A DNA stretch of 248,000 nucleotides from Wallemia ichthyophaga EXF-994 (GCF_000400465.1 NW_008806276.1:20001-268000); one strand, 5' to 3'. Numbered from the stretch's first letter, positions 159,705 through 173,070 are shown. Notes: generated by a model from the sequence alone, not told the origin. Translations and numbers: made by a program.

Positions 159705-160224
159705 TCTATTGATAAATCTTAAGTTGGTCGTGCAGATAGTGAAATTTTCGGTGTCTTGAATACATCAGACTTAAGTCAACATGCATTTTGTGCTCACAGA
159801 GTCGTTATGTTTGCCTCAGTAAAGATTAACTTGCATCAACAATATTATAATTCTCACTTGAACAAACTACTCTCAAAGGTGGACACAACGAAAGCAATTA
159901 TTACGACGAAACACTAAAATACAGCTTGATCACAATTGCCTTTATCATAGATTATGATACCCTGCTATGGAATGATATCACCGGAAACAGGGATATTTAA
160001 GCTGTCAAAATTAGTTTCTTCTATTTATGAATTATGTACTATAATAGTAAAACTTGTGTACAATTGTGAAACAATCTTATCAGCTACCAGGAATGTCTGA
160101 AATGCCAAGCGAGCACGCCAAAGGCAAGAAAACCCTTTAAAGGTGACGGCTATTGAAAGTTAAGAAATTGAAGCTATCAAAAGCCATTAAATATTTCAAT
160201 GGCTTTAAATAGGTTAAATATCCT

Positions 160225-161771
160225 TTGCGAGTATCCACCAAGATGGGACTGATGGAATTAAAATTAGAGGATAAGGATAAGCAATCATCGAAGATTGTTG
160301 CAGAAGACACAAGGGTTGTCATCCGAACTCCAAAGGCCAACACTACGAAGAAGGCAAGCAGAAGTTGTAAAAGCTGTTTTAATAGAGGAAATTACGAGCC
160401 GATTGACTCAGTTGTGGGACATGAGACTCACCTCACCTATTACAGAATTGTCAGTTGCAGCATCAACATCGAAGGCTATGTGCACCTATCAGTCGTGTCT
160501 TCTCAACATGACAACAAGCTCATGAGCTTTGAGGGGAATCCATTGAATATGTCAATTGAGCAGGCGAGAGATTTCTTGCACGGATTGCGCGTTAAGGCTG
160601 GTGAGTTTGTCGCTGCCTTGTGTTGCCATGCTAATTAATAAAGGCATCCCTCGAGCAAGGAAGTTGAAGGTATTGGTCAATCCTGTAGGAGGCCAAGGAA
160701 ATGCAATCAGGTATTACAATGAAAGAGTCTTCCCTATTTTGAGATCATCTGGATGCACAGTAGATTTGCAAAGTAAGTTTATCAGATACTCATTCCGTTT
160801 CCTTCTAATAATCAAAAGTGCTGGAATACAAGTTACATGCTTTTGACATTGCTAAAGAAATGGATCTCTCTTATGACGCCATAGTCTGTGTTAGTGGAGA
160901 TGGTGCTGTACACGAAGTGCTAAACGGGTTCTTACACCACCAAAACCCAATCAAGGCAATACAAACACCACTTTGTCCAATCCCTGCTGGTTCTGGCAAC
161001 AGTCTGAGCTTGTGCTTGTTAGGTTTGGAGGAAGGGTTTGACATCAGCTTGGCAACACTCAACGCAATCAAAGGCCACGCCATGCCCTTGGATTTGTTCT
161101 CAATTATGCAAGGCAACAAGCGCACATTATCGTATCTCACTCAAGCCACTGGTTTAATGGCAGATTTAGATATCGGTACTGAGGATATGAGATGGCTGGG
161201 CGATACACGATTCGTAATTGGTTACGTGCGCTCTCTTGTCAGAAATGCGCCATGCCCCTGCGAAATCTACATCAAGGTAGAGCACGATGACAAAAATCAA
161301 ATGGTCAATTGGGTACGCGAAAGACATTTGGACACACCGGTTCCTGTACCTCAGTATACGGGAAGTGAGTTACCAAAAGTACAGTATCCAAATGGTCCTG
161401 AATTTGATTGGGAAAAGGTCTCCGATGACATCTCCTACCTATATGCTGGACAGGTGCCCTGGGTTAGCAGGGACTTGAAACAATTTCCCGTTTCCATGCC
161501 AAACGACGGCTTCATAGATGTTGCCGTTCAGCTGAATGTCTCACGTATGCAAAAGATAAAGGCTATGGATGGTGCCGAGAACGGTGCTATGTTCTTTGAC
161601 GATTCATTAAAGTACTACAAAGCTAAAGCTTATCACTTCAAACCATTACAAACCGATGGATATATCTCAATCGACGGAGAAAGTGCACCAATCCTGCCAT
161701 TCACAGTAGAAATAATGCCCAGCTTAGCAAGAGTATTATCCCCATATTATACCTGGAACAACCAATTTTAA
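160225..161771 (+). CDS. Sphingoid long-chain base kinase, paralog 2
   Basis: LVNPVGGQG, SGDGAVHEVLNG, PAGSGNS; tandem paralog. Confidence 0.88.
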
Positions 161772-161957
161772 AACAGACAAGGACGATTAGAATCAAGAAC
161801 AATTTCGTGTAATTTTTTGACAACAAATTAAGCATTAAAAGTAAGTTGTGTGATCGGCATAAGTGATAAATAAAAATGAGTCATTGAAATCATAAGAAGC
161901 GAGTGAAATGATTGAGTAAAATGGGTAGAAAGAAGTGATTAGATTGAGCGATGTAAG

Positions 161958-164900
161958 TTAGTCCCGTTCTTTGTTTAATGAGCTTCGACTAAAGTTGGCA
162001 AATTTAGACGACTTGCTTGGTTTCTTAGAGGTGACTGATTGATTATCGCCCGGATCGAGACTTTCACGATTCCTCACTGAGGAAGTCGATGGTCTACCTT
162101 CATTAGGTGACCATTGTAGCCTGACTGTGACATAACCGTTACCTCCAAGCAATTCAATATCAAATTCAGCTGCTTGAGTTGTTAGCAAGATATTTTTGTT
162201 CACACAAAATATAACACCCACCTGAAGTTTCGTTCTTCTCTGGATGAATGTATTGGCCAATCATGATATTATTGTAGCCAATTTGACGATCACCGAAGAG
162301 ATGCTTGTCAACAATCTCTACACTAAACGTTGGCTTTTCAGGTTTAGTGTGCAAAAGGAAAGTTTCATCGAAAGAAGGTTCGGAACTCTTAGAGAGTGCC
162401 TTTCCTTCGATCTTGTATCTTCCCATTCTCAACACAGGTCTGGCTTTAGGCAACTCACGACCTTCTCCTTTAAGATCCCATGCTCTGACGACAGTTACAT
162501 TCAAATCACCTGAGTCGACTTTCGATGCAGGTCTATCGCGCTGAGCATCTGACATCAATTCTCTGGGAGCATCCGCTTCGTCATCTACGAAACCTTCGCT
162601 TCCAGTAGAGGAAGGCTTTTTGGAGAAGCCGAAAATTTGACCAGCCTTGCCGAAAACGCCGCCGACATTATTGCCGATGAAGCCAGCGCCTGAGATGGCG
162701 CCCTTGCCGATATGACCGGCACCATGGGCGACTCCCTTTCCAGCTCCAATACCAATACCGCCGACCTGCGTGAGAGCTCTGCCAGCTTGGCTGAAAGTCG
162801 AAGTGCGCGCACGCGTCTTGACGATGAATGAGGGTTTGAAGACGTAACTGACTTTGATCGTGCCCTGGTCACCGCTTTCGCCATCTTTGAGATCGTAAGT
162901 GAATTCAGTCGACTCGAGTGGCTCGAATGCAGTCAAGTCCACCTTGGCAACACCGAGTAAATCGGCTGCTGACAACCTGTCCCAGTCATAAACTTCAATC
163001 GTGAAGTTTCCATCGACTCTGTTAGGAACCTGGACTTCGAAGAATTCTTCCCACTCTGGATGCAACGTTTTCTTCTTCGTTTCAGTCTTGTATACTCTCT
163101 CGCCGTTGAGGAGAAAAACGGCGTATGGATCAGATTTACCATTGCGATCTGCACTTGCAAGCCCCTTGGCATTGTGGACTTCGACTCTGAGATTGCCCTG
163201 GTTGTTGACAGACTCTCTGAGACTGAGGTCGATATCAACGGGGATGTACTTAGACAAAACCTTCACCTTGGACTGATTATCGCCTGCATCTGATAGAGTA
163301 AATTCTGCCTCTTTGTTGAGCGTGCGGTAGAAAAATTCTCTCATATCCATGCTTGTCTCAGCGTAAACCTGATCATCCTCTTCTTGTGAACCTGTGTTCA
163401 ATCTAATTCTCAGCTGTGAGAATGAAAGCTCGCGGACCATAGCTTCTCCAATGAAATTCCAGTTGGCGTTCTTCGAACGCGCCTTCTCGGTGGTGATCGA
163501 AGGCCAGATTGCGTCGTCAATGAGGAACTCAAGTCGCGTGTTCCTCTGTGCCACCTGTCCTGTATCGCACTTGACAACTATGATTCCCGACTCTAGATAG
163601 TGTTTTGGTGAGATACTAATCAGCATAAATTATTTAACTCACCTCTTTCAAGTAACTCATCTTCATTTAATTCCAAACCAGCACTTTCCTCTTCTTCGGC
163701 AGATGATTTTTCTTTACCCTTTTCATCGCTCTCTCCGTCAATGTTCTCTTCCTTGGCATTCTCTTCCTCCTCCTTCTTGTCTTCTTCCTCTTTCTTCTTT
163801 ACATCTTCCGCAGACTCGAAGGTACTTCCCTTAATCTTCCAAGCAGGGACAAAGTCAGCCTCGAATTCTAGTTCACCCTTATAACCACCCTTGTCAAGCT
163901 TCATAGGAGACGTACGTCTATTTACTCCAGTAGCCATGTATGGTTTGTTCTTTCTCTCGTTCTCATCATCGTTGGGTCTGATAATATCTCTAGCTCTAAG
164001 AGTTGTGTGTCCCAATGGTCTGTCTTTGCCCTGGCTCTGGTAGTCGGCAGCTTCCAAGTAAACGATATCTCTGAGAGAGTGGATCGGTATGTAGAGAACC
164101 TCATTCCATACAGGATTGAGGTTATTATCGATAATATTCGTTCTAGCTTGCACTCTACCAGCGATAATGGCCTTAACGTAAGGATCACTTTTACCGCCGA
164201 AAGCGATCTCAACGTTCTTCAGGTCGTTTGCACGCTTGCAGAAGACTCTCAACAGTCCGATAGGTGGAGTGTACTGGCCTGCTACATCCAGCGCATCATC
164301 CATAGCCACTGACTTGAACGACGCGGACATTCTGATTTTACCACCGTCTTTAGCCAAATCAAACCACTTTCCTTCCTTCTCATTGGTCTCAAGCAAATCA
164401 CTGACATTGACATTGACATGCGCGATTGGGATTGACGCCTTGAAGTTGTGCGCGTGATACACCTTGACTTTCAAACTCGTCTTGTCTTTGTTGGTGACGA
164501 GAAATTCGCCGTGGGAGTCCCATTCAGGCGAATTTGTACCTCTGATCATTTTTGTTTGCTGGACTTGCTTATTTTTCAAGTAAACGCTGGCGGAAGGGTT
164601 TACACGACCAACCTTGGACGCATCTGTGTTGAGATCCTTGGCTTCGTGGATGTATAGTCTGACAACACCAGTTGGGAGATCTGGAACAGCTTCAAGTGAG
164701 TCTCCTTCCTTTGGTGGCTCCATGACTGGGTAGTAGCTCAGATCAAATATGATATCACCTTTTTCTCTACCATTATTGTAGAGCTTTGTCATGACATGTT
164801 CTTGCAAAGGATCATCGGCTAGGGATTGGATGTTGTATGTGGCTAAACCAATGTCTGAGTCTTTGCGATAATCATTGTAATCATAAACGTTAAGTACCAG

Positions 164901-166722
164901 CTGGTCGTTGAGAGAGTTGACGAGTAAATACTTTGTTTCCATCCAGAATGGGTTGTTGGTAGACTTATGAATCGTTGTTTTGTCGTTTATTGTCTTGGAG
165001 TTACCAAGTCTGACGGTAGTGTATGGATTTGGTTCACCACCACCGACTTTGATGGAACGCAGACCTCTAGCTTGACGAAGAGTGAGTACCAATACACCGC
165101 ATGCGGAATCGAGAGCACCGCCAGCGAGAATTTCTTGCAAGTTGATTGTAAAGACGTTAGGATCGAAAATAAGTGGTTGCATCATGTTAAATATCTGTTC
165201 TCTGATAAAGGTGGTCAAACCAGGAATGTAGTTGACATCCAAGCCAGAGTGTTCACCACCGATTGGTATGGCCATGTAGTCGAATTCAGGTTTTTCGATG
165301 AATGACAGATCAACCAATTTGATGTGAGGGAAGTCATTAATCAGGGTAAGATTGACTCTTATGTTACCAGTAAAGCTAAATTCCTTGAGCACAACAGGCA
165401 GACTGACTGAGTATTTACCTTTACCGATAACGGCTTGTAGGACAATCTTTGGGTTGACAGTGCCTTCTGTCTGACCTTCTCCGAGTGCACCCAAGTCTGC
165501 TGGTGTAAATGAAACGTGCCAATCCATGGTGATTTGGTTGTCGGCGGTCGATGGCCATGTTCTGACCTTGAGAATGCGCGGCGCTTTGCTACCAAGGGTG
165601 AGATAACGAAGTCTCGCAGACCTTACGAATCCAGGCTTGCGCTCAGCTATTATAGGCTCAACACTGTTGATAGCTTTTTCACAGATGTATGGCTCGAGGT
165701 GCTCCCAGAAGTTGATTAGTAGATTGTTGACCCAGTCAGCTGACTGAGCCTCTGTTGCAAGTGGAGGTTTCATCAGTTGCCTGGAAATTCCCTCTCTGAC
165801 TTCGTGATCAACTTTTGAGATACTAATATTGTAATAAGTAACAGCAGCTACTGCAACGACAGCCTGTGGGCCCAGGCTGAAGTTGAAGTAGGCAAGAATG
165901 TAAGTGAGTATAGAAGAGACTAAAACGACAGCAGCGTTGTGAAACCATTGTCCATAGAACTTTTCGGGAAGCAAAGTGGAAGTACCATCATCATCATCGA
166001 CACCGTTGAGTTCAACAGAATGAGCGCCTAAGCTGTCTGGGATTTCTTTATCCCTCATGTACCATTTTGGGAGGGAAGTAGAAGGTAACTCATCTGTGGA
166101 GCTGGACAAGTTACCAGGAATATCTTCAACAGCGTAGATAGGACCAGATTCGAAAGCAGCTTCGCCTTCTTTTTTTGTGCTTTGCTGAGGAGTTGACTTC
166201 TGCTGAACTGCAGGAACTTTTGAAGGTTTTGGCTTTGCTGGAGAGTATGTGAGTGTAGGAGAGGGAGATTGTTGGAGACATACGTGGCTCTTCTTTTGGA
166301 GTTGAAGGCTTTGGAAGGTTATCTCCTTCTACACCATAATTTTGATCATTCTTTTGCTCCTCAAGTAATTCAGCTTCTTTGTTGGTTGTGGATTCGTTTG
166401 GATCGAAAGAGTGAACAGGCGCATGCTTTGCAGCCTTCTTAAAGAGAGCTTTAACTTCATTTTCGTTAACGTGGTCGCTATCTTCCCGAGAAATACCAAA
166501 TCTAGGTACAGGAATCGGACCGAATTTCTTCCAAGAAAAACCGGATTTATCAGGTTTATCAGATTTATCATTTGACTTGTTGTTACTGTCATTTGGGATT
166601 TGTGGAACTGGAGGGACATCTTCTTGATGCTGTGGCTGTGGCTGAGGGGCTTTAGAGGATGCGATTGAAGAGGTCCTCGATCTACGCTTGAAAATACCTG
166701 AAGACCGCCTTGAATCTGACAT
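161958..166722 (-). CDS. Tricalbin / extended synaptotagmin (hairpin TM, SMP, multiple C2)
   Basis: SADWVNNLL SMP start, several C2 domains (SDPYV, SDPYA). Confidence 0.9.
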
Positions 166723-166896
166723 GTGCTGCTGCGAATGGGGGAATTACGTCGTGGGTGAAATTCAAGGGAAGAAACTGGGAAATTTGGGAGAAAGATGAAT
166801 AAAAAGATATACATTGAGTAATTAAATAATTAATATAATTGATATATCGGGTTGAATACTGTTAATTACACACAGCCAACAACCGTTACAACAGAA

Positions 166897-167701
166897 TGAG
166901 TGAGAATCAAAAGCCAGTACAAGTGAAGCTCGTCCTTCTTGGGGAAGCAGCCGTTGGAAAATCATCCGTCGTTCTGAGGTTCGTTCAAAATGATTTCCAG
167001 GAGTACAAAGAGCCTACGATTGGTGCAGCATTCTTGAGTGGGTGGGGAGTTTAATAATAACTAATTTAACATCAATAAACAGCCCAAAAGTGTAGATTAG
167101 AGGATAAAGTGATTAAATTTGAGATATGGGATACTGCTGGTCAGGAAAGGTTTAGGAGTTTGGCACCAATGTGGGTTTTGAGATGCTTTCAATAAAATCC
167201 ACTTAGAATACTCTCAGGTACTACCGTAACGCTCTCTCTGCTGTAGTCGTTTACGATATAACTTCATCATCCAGCTTCGACAAGGCAAAGAGTTGGGTTA
167301 AGGAACTCCAACGACAGGCCTCTCCAAATGTCATTATAGCCCTTGTCGGTAACAAGCTTGACTTGGTTGAGAAATCTGAGGAGAATGAGGATTATTTAGA
167401 TGACGTAGCATCATTCGATCAAAACGCAGTCTCAGAACCAAGCCAAACTCATTCAAGGGCCATCTCACGTGATGAAGCTCAAGCTTACGCTGAAGAGAGC
167501 AATCTTCTCTTCTTTGAAACATCCGCAAAGACTAGTGAAGGCGTTGTTGAAGTTTTTACTGAAATTGCAAAGAAGATTCCACATGAGCAGATCCTCAATT
167601 CCACTAAATCCAGAGCCCAGGATCAATCACAGCAGAACAACGTAAGCCTCAACTCAACCGAGAACCAACCAAAGCAAGTCGGAGACAATTGTGCCTGTTG
167701 A
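166897..167701 (+). CDS. Rab5-family GTPase (Vps21/Ypt5 type)
   Basis: [26 protein letters not shown]-terminal CAC. Confidence 0.92.
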
Positions 167702-167835
167702 GTACCCTTTTCTTAATTATACCAGACACATAAATCGCTTTTTGATGAATATTTTGATTTTTAACAATCGAGTGGGGTGAACTGAGCTGAGAATTCCCCT
167801 ACGAAACAACCACCAACTCAACGAATCAACGAAAA

Positions 167836-168831
167836 ATGGCACCTGTTGAAGGAAAGAAAGGCTTTTCATGGTCAAACATCGCTGTAGGTAGCGTAATGAA
167901 CATGTTTGAAGGTTAGTATTTTGTCTCCTTCCTGTTTGCTATAAGTATCTTACAAACATAAGTATCTACACTTGGTCAGCCACTTGAAGTTTGTAAGACT
168001 ACTCTCTCCGCTCAAAGATCCTTGTCCATGCGTCAAGCCATTTCTCTCATTTACTCGCGTGGTGGTCTCGCTGGTTTCTATCAAGGTCTGATACCATGGG
168101 TGAGTCCTTCTTGAGACACCTTCTACCCATCTCTTTGACACCGTAACCAGGCCTGGATCGAAGCTTCTACAAAAGGCGCCGTTCTTCTTTTCACCGCCGC
168201 TGAAATTGAAAAATACTCCGTTACTGCCGGGATAAGTCCTGCTGCCGCCGGTTTACTCGGTGGTATGGGTGGTGGTATCGCTCAAGCATACGCTACTATG
168301 GGTTTCTGCACCTGTATGAAGACTGCTGAAATTACAAGACACAAGGAGGCCGCATCAGGCATCACCCCTCCATCAACCTGGAAAGTCTTTGGTGATATCT
168401 ACAAAGCTGAGGGTATTGCCGGTATCAACAAAGGTGTCAACGCTGTCGCTCTCCGTCAAATGACCAACTGGGGTTCAAGAATGGGTTTTGCTCGTCTCTC
168501 AGAGAGTCTCATTAGAAAGGCTAGGGGTAAGACAGATGGTGAAAAGCTCAACTTGGCAGACAAGGTCGCTTCTGCTACCTTTGGTGGTGCACTCGCTACT
168601 TGGAATCAACCAATCGAGGTTGTTAGAGTTGAGATGCAATCTATGAGCAAGAGCGCTGACGTCGCCAACAAGCCAAACGGCGTCTTCGGTACTCTCGGCT
168701 ACATCTACAAGGAGAACGGTGTCAAGGGCCTATACCGCGGTGTCACCCCTAGAATCGGTCTCGGTGTTTGGCAAACTATCTGTATGGTTACTTTTAGTGA
168801 TATGGTCCGCGAAGCTCTCGGTGCCAAGTAA
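167836..168831 (+). CDS. YHM2: Mitochondrial carrier, Yhm2 citrate/oxoglutarate type
   Basis: [41 protein letters not shown]. Confidence 0.88.
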
Positions 168832-169291
168832 GCCAAGCAAAGCACTTATATCATTCTGTCATTACTTAAAATGTCGTTGTTGTCGTAGGAAATATCATAA
168901 AAGCATGTCATAAACTTTTTTCATTGAATCCATATCGTTGTCATAAAATTCTGTTGCGAGGACAGTTTCTGTCACGATTTACCTTTCGCGTACCTCTCAC
169001 AAATTCAGCGGTGCTAAATTTTTCACTATGCTAAAATTCGATTCAAGAGTACGTAAATCAGCGTTCTTGTAATAGATATGCAACATACAATAAAAAAATC
169101 TCACTACGCCAGAGAAGATCTGAACTAGCTCACATTCCTAACTGCGGTTTTTTTATCAACACATTTCCCCTATTCGCGCTGAATATCACGCTAAATTAAT
169201 AAAGATTGTAAAGTTAGTGCGGAATGAGTAGAGTATAAATACCTACCGCCTACCTTCCTTCTTTCCACACAACTCATCTCCAATCTTTACA

Positions 169292-169760
169292 ATGATCGCT
169301 CAAACCATTTTCGCTACCGCCCTCATCGCCTCTGTTTCGGCCGGATGGGAAGACAAGAGCAAGATTGGCTCATGTAACACCGGCAAAGTTTCATGCTGTA
169401 AGTTTGGGAGATGTTTAGCTTGACACCATCTCACACCGCCAAGGCGACTTGAACAAGAAGGCTCAATCTAGCACCGGCAAGGATGACTCTCTCATCTCCA
169501 CTGGTGACATTGCTTCTCAAATCGGTGTTCAGTGTGACCAAGTCCCTCTCCTTATCGGTGTTGCATTGCAAGGTTTGTACCTTTTCGTCACCTTGAACAA
169601 TGCTAACAAAACGCTAGATGAATGTAAAAACACCCCAGTCTGTTGCGAGGACATGGAATCAGATGGTCTCATTGGTTTGGGTGCGTTGACGCGTTTGCCG
169701 TGATACCTTTTGCATTGCTAACTTGACACTTCAGGCTGTACCCCTCTCCCAATCATTTAA
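169292..169760 (+). CDS. Class I hydrophobin
   Basis: Signal peptide and 8-Cys pattern over 4 exons. Confidence 0.9.
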
Positions 169761-169967
169761 GCTGGCGCTTTTAACCTCCTACAAACTGTTTAGCTTTTGT
169801 AATACTACTATTAATCTCGGGTTTTAGACGTTCTCTGAGAGTGAGGATCAGTCTTTTCAAAGACTCAGTATCTTCACAAAAATTTTAATCTAGGCTTAGT
169901 ATACAAGTAGAACTATGGAAAGAAGCTGTTTAAAAATTGGTGCAAACATCAAAAAGCAAAACTTTAA

Positions 169968-170044
169968 CCGTAGTCGAATACTCTACCATTGAGCCAGCCG
170001 GCCGCAGTGACCGACGCAGGGCTCGAAACCTGCAACCTTTCGAT
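169968..170044 (-). tRNA. Circularly permuted tRNA-Arg(ACG) gene (3' half, 4-nt linker, 5' half); functionality unknown
   Basis: Minus strand: ATCGAAAGGTTGCAGGTTTCGAGCCCTGCGTCGGTCA-ctgc-GGCCGGCTGGCTCAATGGTAGAGTATTCGACTACGG-ttaaagTTTT; halves fold to a full cloverleaf split at 37/38. Confidence 0.8.
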
Positions 170045-170126
170045 ATCAGCTTCTCCCATTGAGATATTTCGAACTGAGAGAGTACTGTTGAGCTTATGTG
170101 CTGATTCTGTTACACGCAAAGAATAA

Positions 170127-170795
170127 ATGCAAAAATTTTACAAAACATTCAATTCCCATTGTATCCCAGGAGATGTGGATATCTACGGCAACGAACTAGC
170201 AGACACCGCTAACGATGGTAGAACACTGCCGATCCACAGGACTATGTGGTGTCACCTAACACTTAAAACTTCATACTCAGCAATGCGAAGCAGAATGCGC
170301 GAGCGCTATACAGCACCACTAAAAGTAGATGCCTCCAAAATATCAGACATTAAGTTCAACGCCGCAAAAACATCAGCTGGAAGGCTGACAGCAGCAAAAA
170401 CGGCCAAGATACTCAATGAACTGCCCAGAGCAACGAGATGCCTAACCACCCAGCTACGCTCGGGGCATTTACCTGCGACTAAGTCCTACCTTAAACGTTT
170501 CCGACTGATTGATTCACCTAAATGCAGTGCGTGTGGCACAGAGGACACCATCTCGCATAGAATCTTCTGCAAAAGACATATAATGGCCAGAATCACATTA
170601 AGAAAAAATATTACCAAGATCAATATTCGGTTCGAATTAGTTCCAATACTCAGAAACGCACATTCTCTACGAGCCCTTTACGAGTTCTTCAAACTGCAAT
170701 TGACTACGTACCAAAGATATTCCAGTGGTTCAGCGCAATTGAGAACCAATAACAATTTACAAATTACGACGCTAAACGAGAAACGCCTCCAGTAA
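170127..170795 (+). mobile_element. 5'-truncated non-LTR (LINE) retrotransposon remnant: RNase H C-terminus plus CCHC zinc finger
   Basis: CIPGDVDIYGNELAD (RNase H), QLRSGH, CSACGTEDTISHRIFC. Confidence 0.8.
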
Positions 170796-171279
170796 ATTCG
170801 GCGCCCCCTTTGACTCCTCATTCTTTAAGAAGTATTGTTAGAGGCAGTCTAAACATTTATCGTGTTAACAATATATTCAGGTCAATTTTAGACTAAGACA
170901 CCAGAGAGTGTCATGGAAGTAAGAAATTTATCTTAAATGTATCAATAAAGACCCATTATTTTTTTATAAACCTCTAAAGCCCAGCGAGAGTGGCAAATAT
171001 TTCATTTACTGCCGTGGGATTTCTCTCGAGTGACGAGGAGGGCTTTGTGAGAATCTTGTAAATAGTCTCAACCTTAGCAATTTACATCCTGCTAAATTGA
171101 AATACAAGTTATCATCTCATACGCGTGGAATTGATTGCGTTATCTAAGGCAATGACGAAAGCAGGCGTAGGTTGTTGCAATAATAATTGGCCGCACTTGT
171201 ATATTCTTCAAATAAATCACTTTAATCTATTCCTTTCAAATTATTTTGAAAATTGCATCTTCTTTCTCCCAAACCACCA

Positions 171280-172223
171280 ATGAGCATTTTCTTCAGATTG
171301 CTTGACCTCCCAGTAGAGCTGGTAATGATGATCATAGAGAATTTTGAACACAAAGAAAGACTAGAAGTATTGTCAACTTGCCGACTGATCCGGAAGATGG
171401 ATGAAAAATACATTTACTCGAGCTTAAAAACACCAAATGTCCGCCTATACATCGAGACTGGAATTGACGGCTACGAGATGTGCTCATTAACCAGGGACAC
171501 ATTTGAGAATAGCATCGCTGTCTTGAATGGCATCGCAGCGGACGAGAATCACAGAAAGCTCGTCAAGTGAGCTGAGAGCCTGCTCATATGACAGTGCTAA
171601 CAGTGCTGAATCTTTACAGATCACTCAAACTGACCGCTTACTGCAATTCCTTGCTATCTAGATCGGATATCTATTGGCTGTCAAAAGAATTGACGAGGAC
171701 CTTCGCTCGCCACTTTGACGAGCAACTGGAGTCTCTTACCTACATCAACACGTTCTACTGCGAGTTCGTCGAGAAAACACCATTCAACTTTCCAAATTTG
171801 AAAAAGCTGACGCTAGGAGAGTTGGGTGATAATTTCGCATTCGACAATTGGCTGATGAACGCCCCCAATCTGGAAAAATTGGACATTTTTTGCATGGAAT
171901 GGAGCTATGGTATGTTATCTCATCAAGATATTTGCAGCTCAAGCATCGAGAAGCTGGTTAAAAGGGAGTCTAATTTCCGTCTGAGGATATTTACTTTTGA
172001 GATGTGGCATGCGCCTGAAGATGCCAACGACAACGACAACGACAGGGAAGAGTCTTACGACGAGATTGATCATTGGCACAGTGACTTGATAAGGGCTATA
172101 GCGGGCGTGTCAGATTTCGATGATTTAATGCCTTACGTCGAAAGGTACAATGTTCGCGAGTACCAGATGATTCAAGGATCGCTCAAATTGAACAACTGCT
172201 ACCACGCCTTAGGTCATAGGTAG
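171280..172223 (+). CDS. F-box protein with LRR-like region
   Basis: LLDLPVELVMMII...LSTCRLI F-box; FPNLKKLTL, APNLEKLDI; one intron. Confidence 0.75.
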
Positions 172224-172504
172224 GACCACATTCGATGTGCATGCTTAGCGTAGTATCTGATACCCATAAATCCTATTATATCATTTGTGCACACTTCTTG
172301 TAATGATAATGACAATTAACAGTTTAATACTCTTACTTTCGTTCGATGTGTGTTGTGAAATAGATAGATAGAATTCATAACATATAGTCAAAAGCATTAC
172401 AACGATTAATAATCTTCGCCTATCTATAATTCTTGTGCATTGAAAGCTGACGATTGTAGTGACTCATAGGGTTGTATTTCTTGGCATGTGTGCCGTAAAT
172501 GGAG

Positions 172505-173070
172505 AAGGAACTACGTGGAGCTACCGGAGGCGCGCGGGTGGGTGCTGAGCTGGTTTTTGAAGAATTTTTAGAGAGCTTTGAGAGCTTTTTCATTTGAAAG
172601 CATATATTTCATCTCGAACCTACTCCAATCCATATATCCTCCTCCTCAACGATAATCTTGCTTGATCGATCTTCCTACATCTGAAAATCCTATGTTTGAT
172701 ACTGTCTACTTCATTGCACTTGCTGCAAAGTGGTGAGTCGGACATTTTGAATTGGTATCGGTAAGACTTGGCAACAGGGAAGTGGTTTGAGCGGATCTGT
172801 TTGGCCACACTTCGCGTACCACGGGGAAGCTTGTTGAGCATCCTTGCCGCCTGTGTAGAGGTCATTCTACCCATTGCTCTCTCTGCATCTTTTGACTTTG
172901 GTCCTGGTAAAATACATGCATCTACTCTCAAGAGAGCAGTGTGTCGCTCACGCAGGCGTCTACGGAAAGCGGAGAGAGCCGGCTTGAGAGTGAAGTCAAT
173001 GGAGATCAATAGTTTGTTTATCTCCGCACACCGCAGGTTAGGTTAGTTTAGTGTGGCGTTTCCAGTATAT
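172505..173070 (-). mobile_element. Non-LTR retrotransposon remnant, same family as 170127-170795
   Basis: LNKLPRGTRSVAKQIRSNH, CSKCNEVDSIKHRIFRC; in-frame stops. Confidence 0.78.

Noticed and set aside
169968-170100. Reading the Arg(ACG) locus as an ordinary intron-containing tRNA
   Set aside because: No acceptor-stem 5' strand complementary to GTCGGTC exists upstream; the only complement lies downstream of the 3' half.
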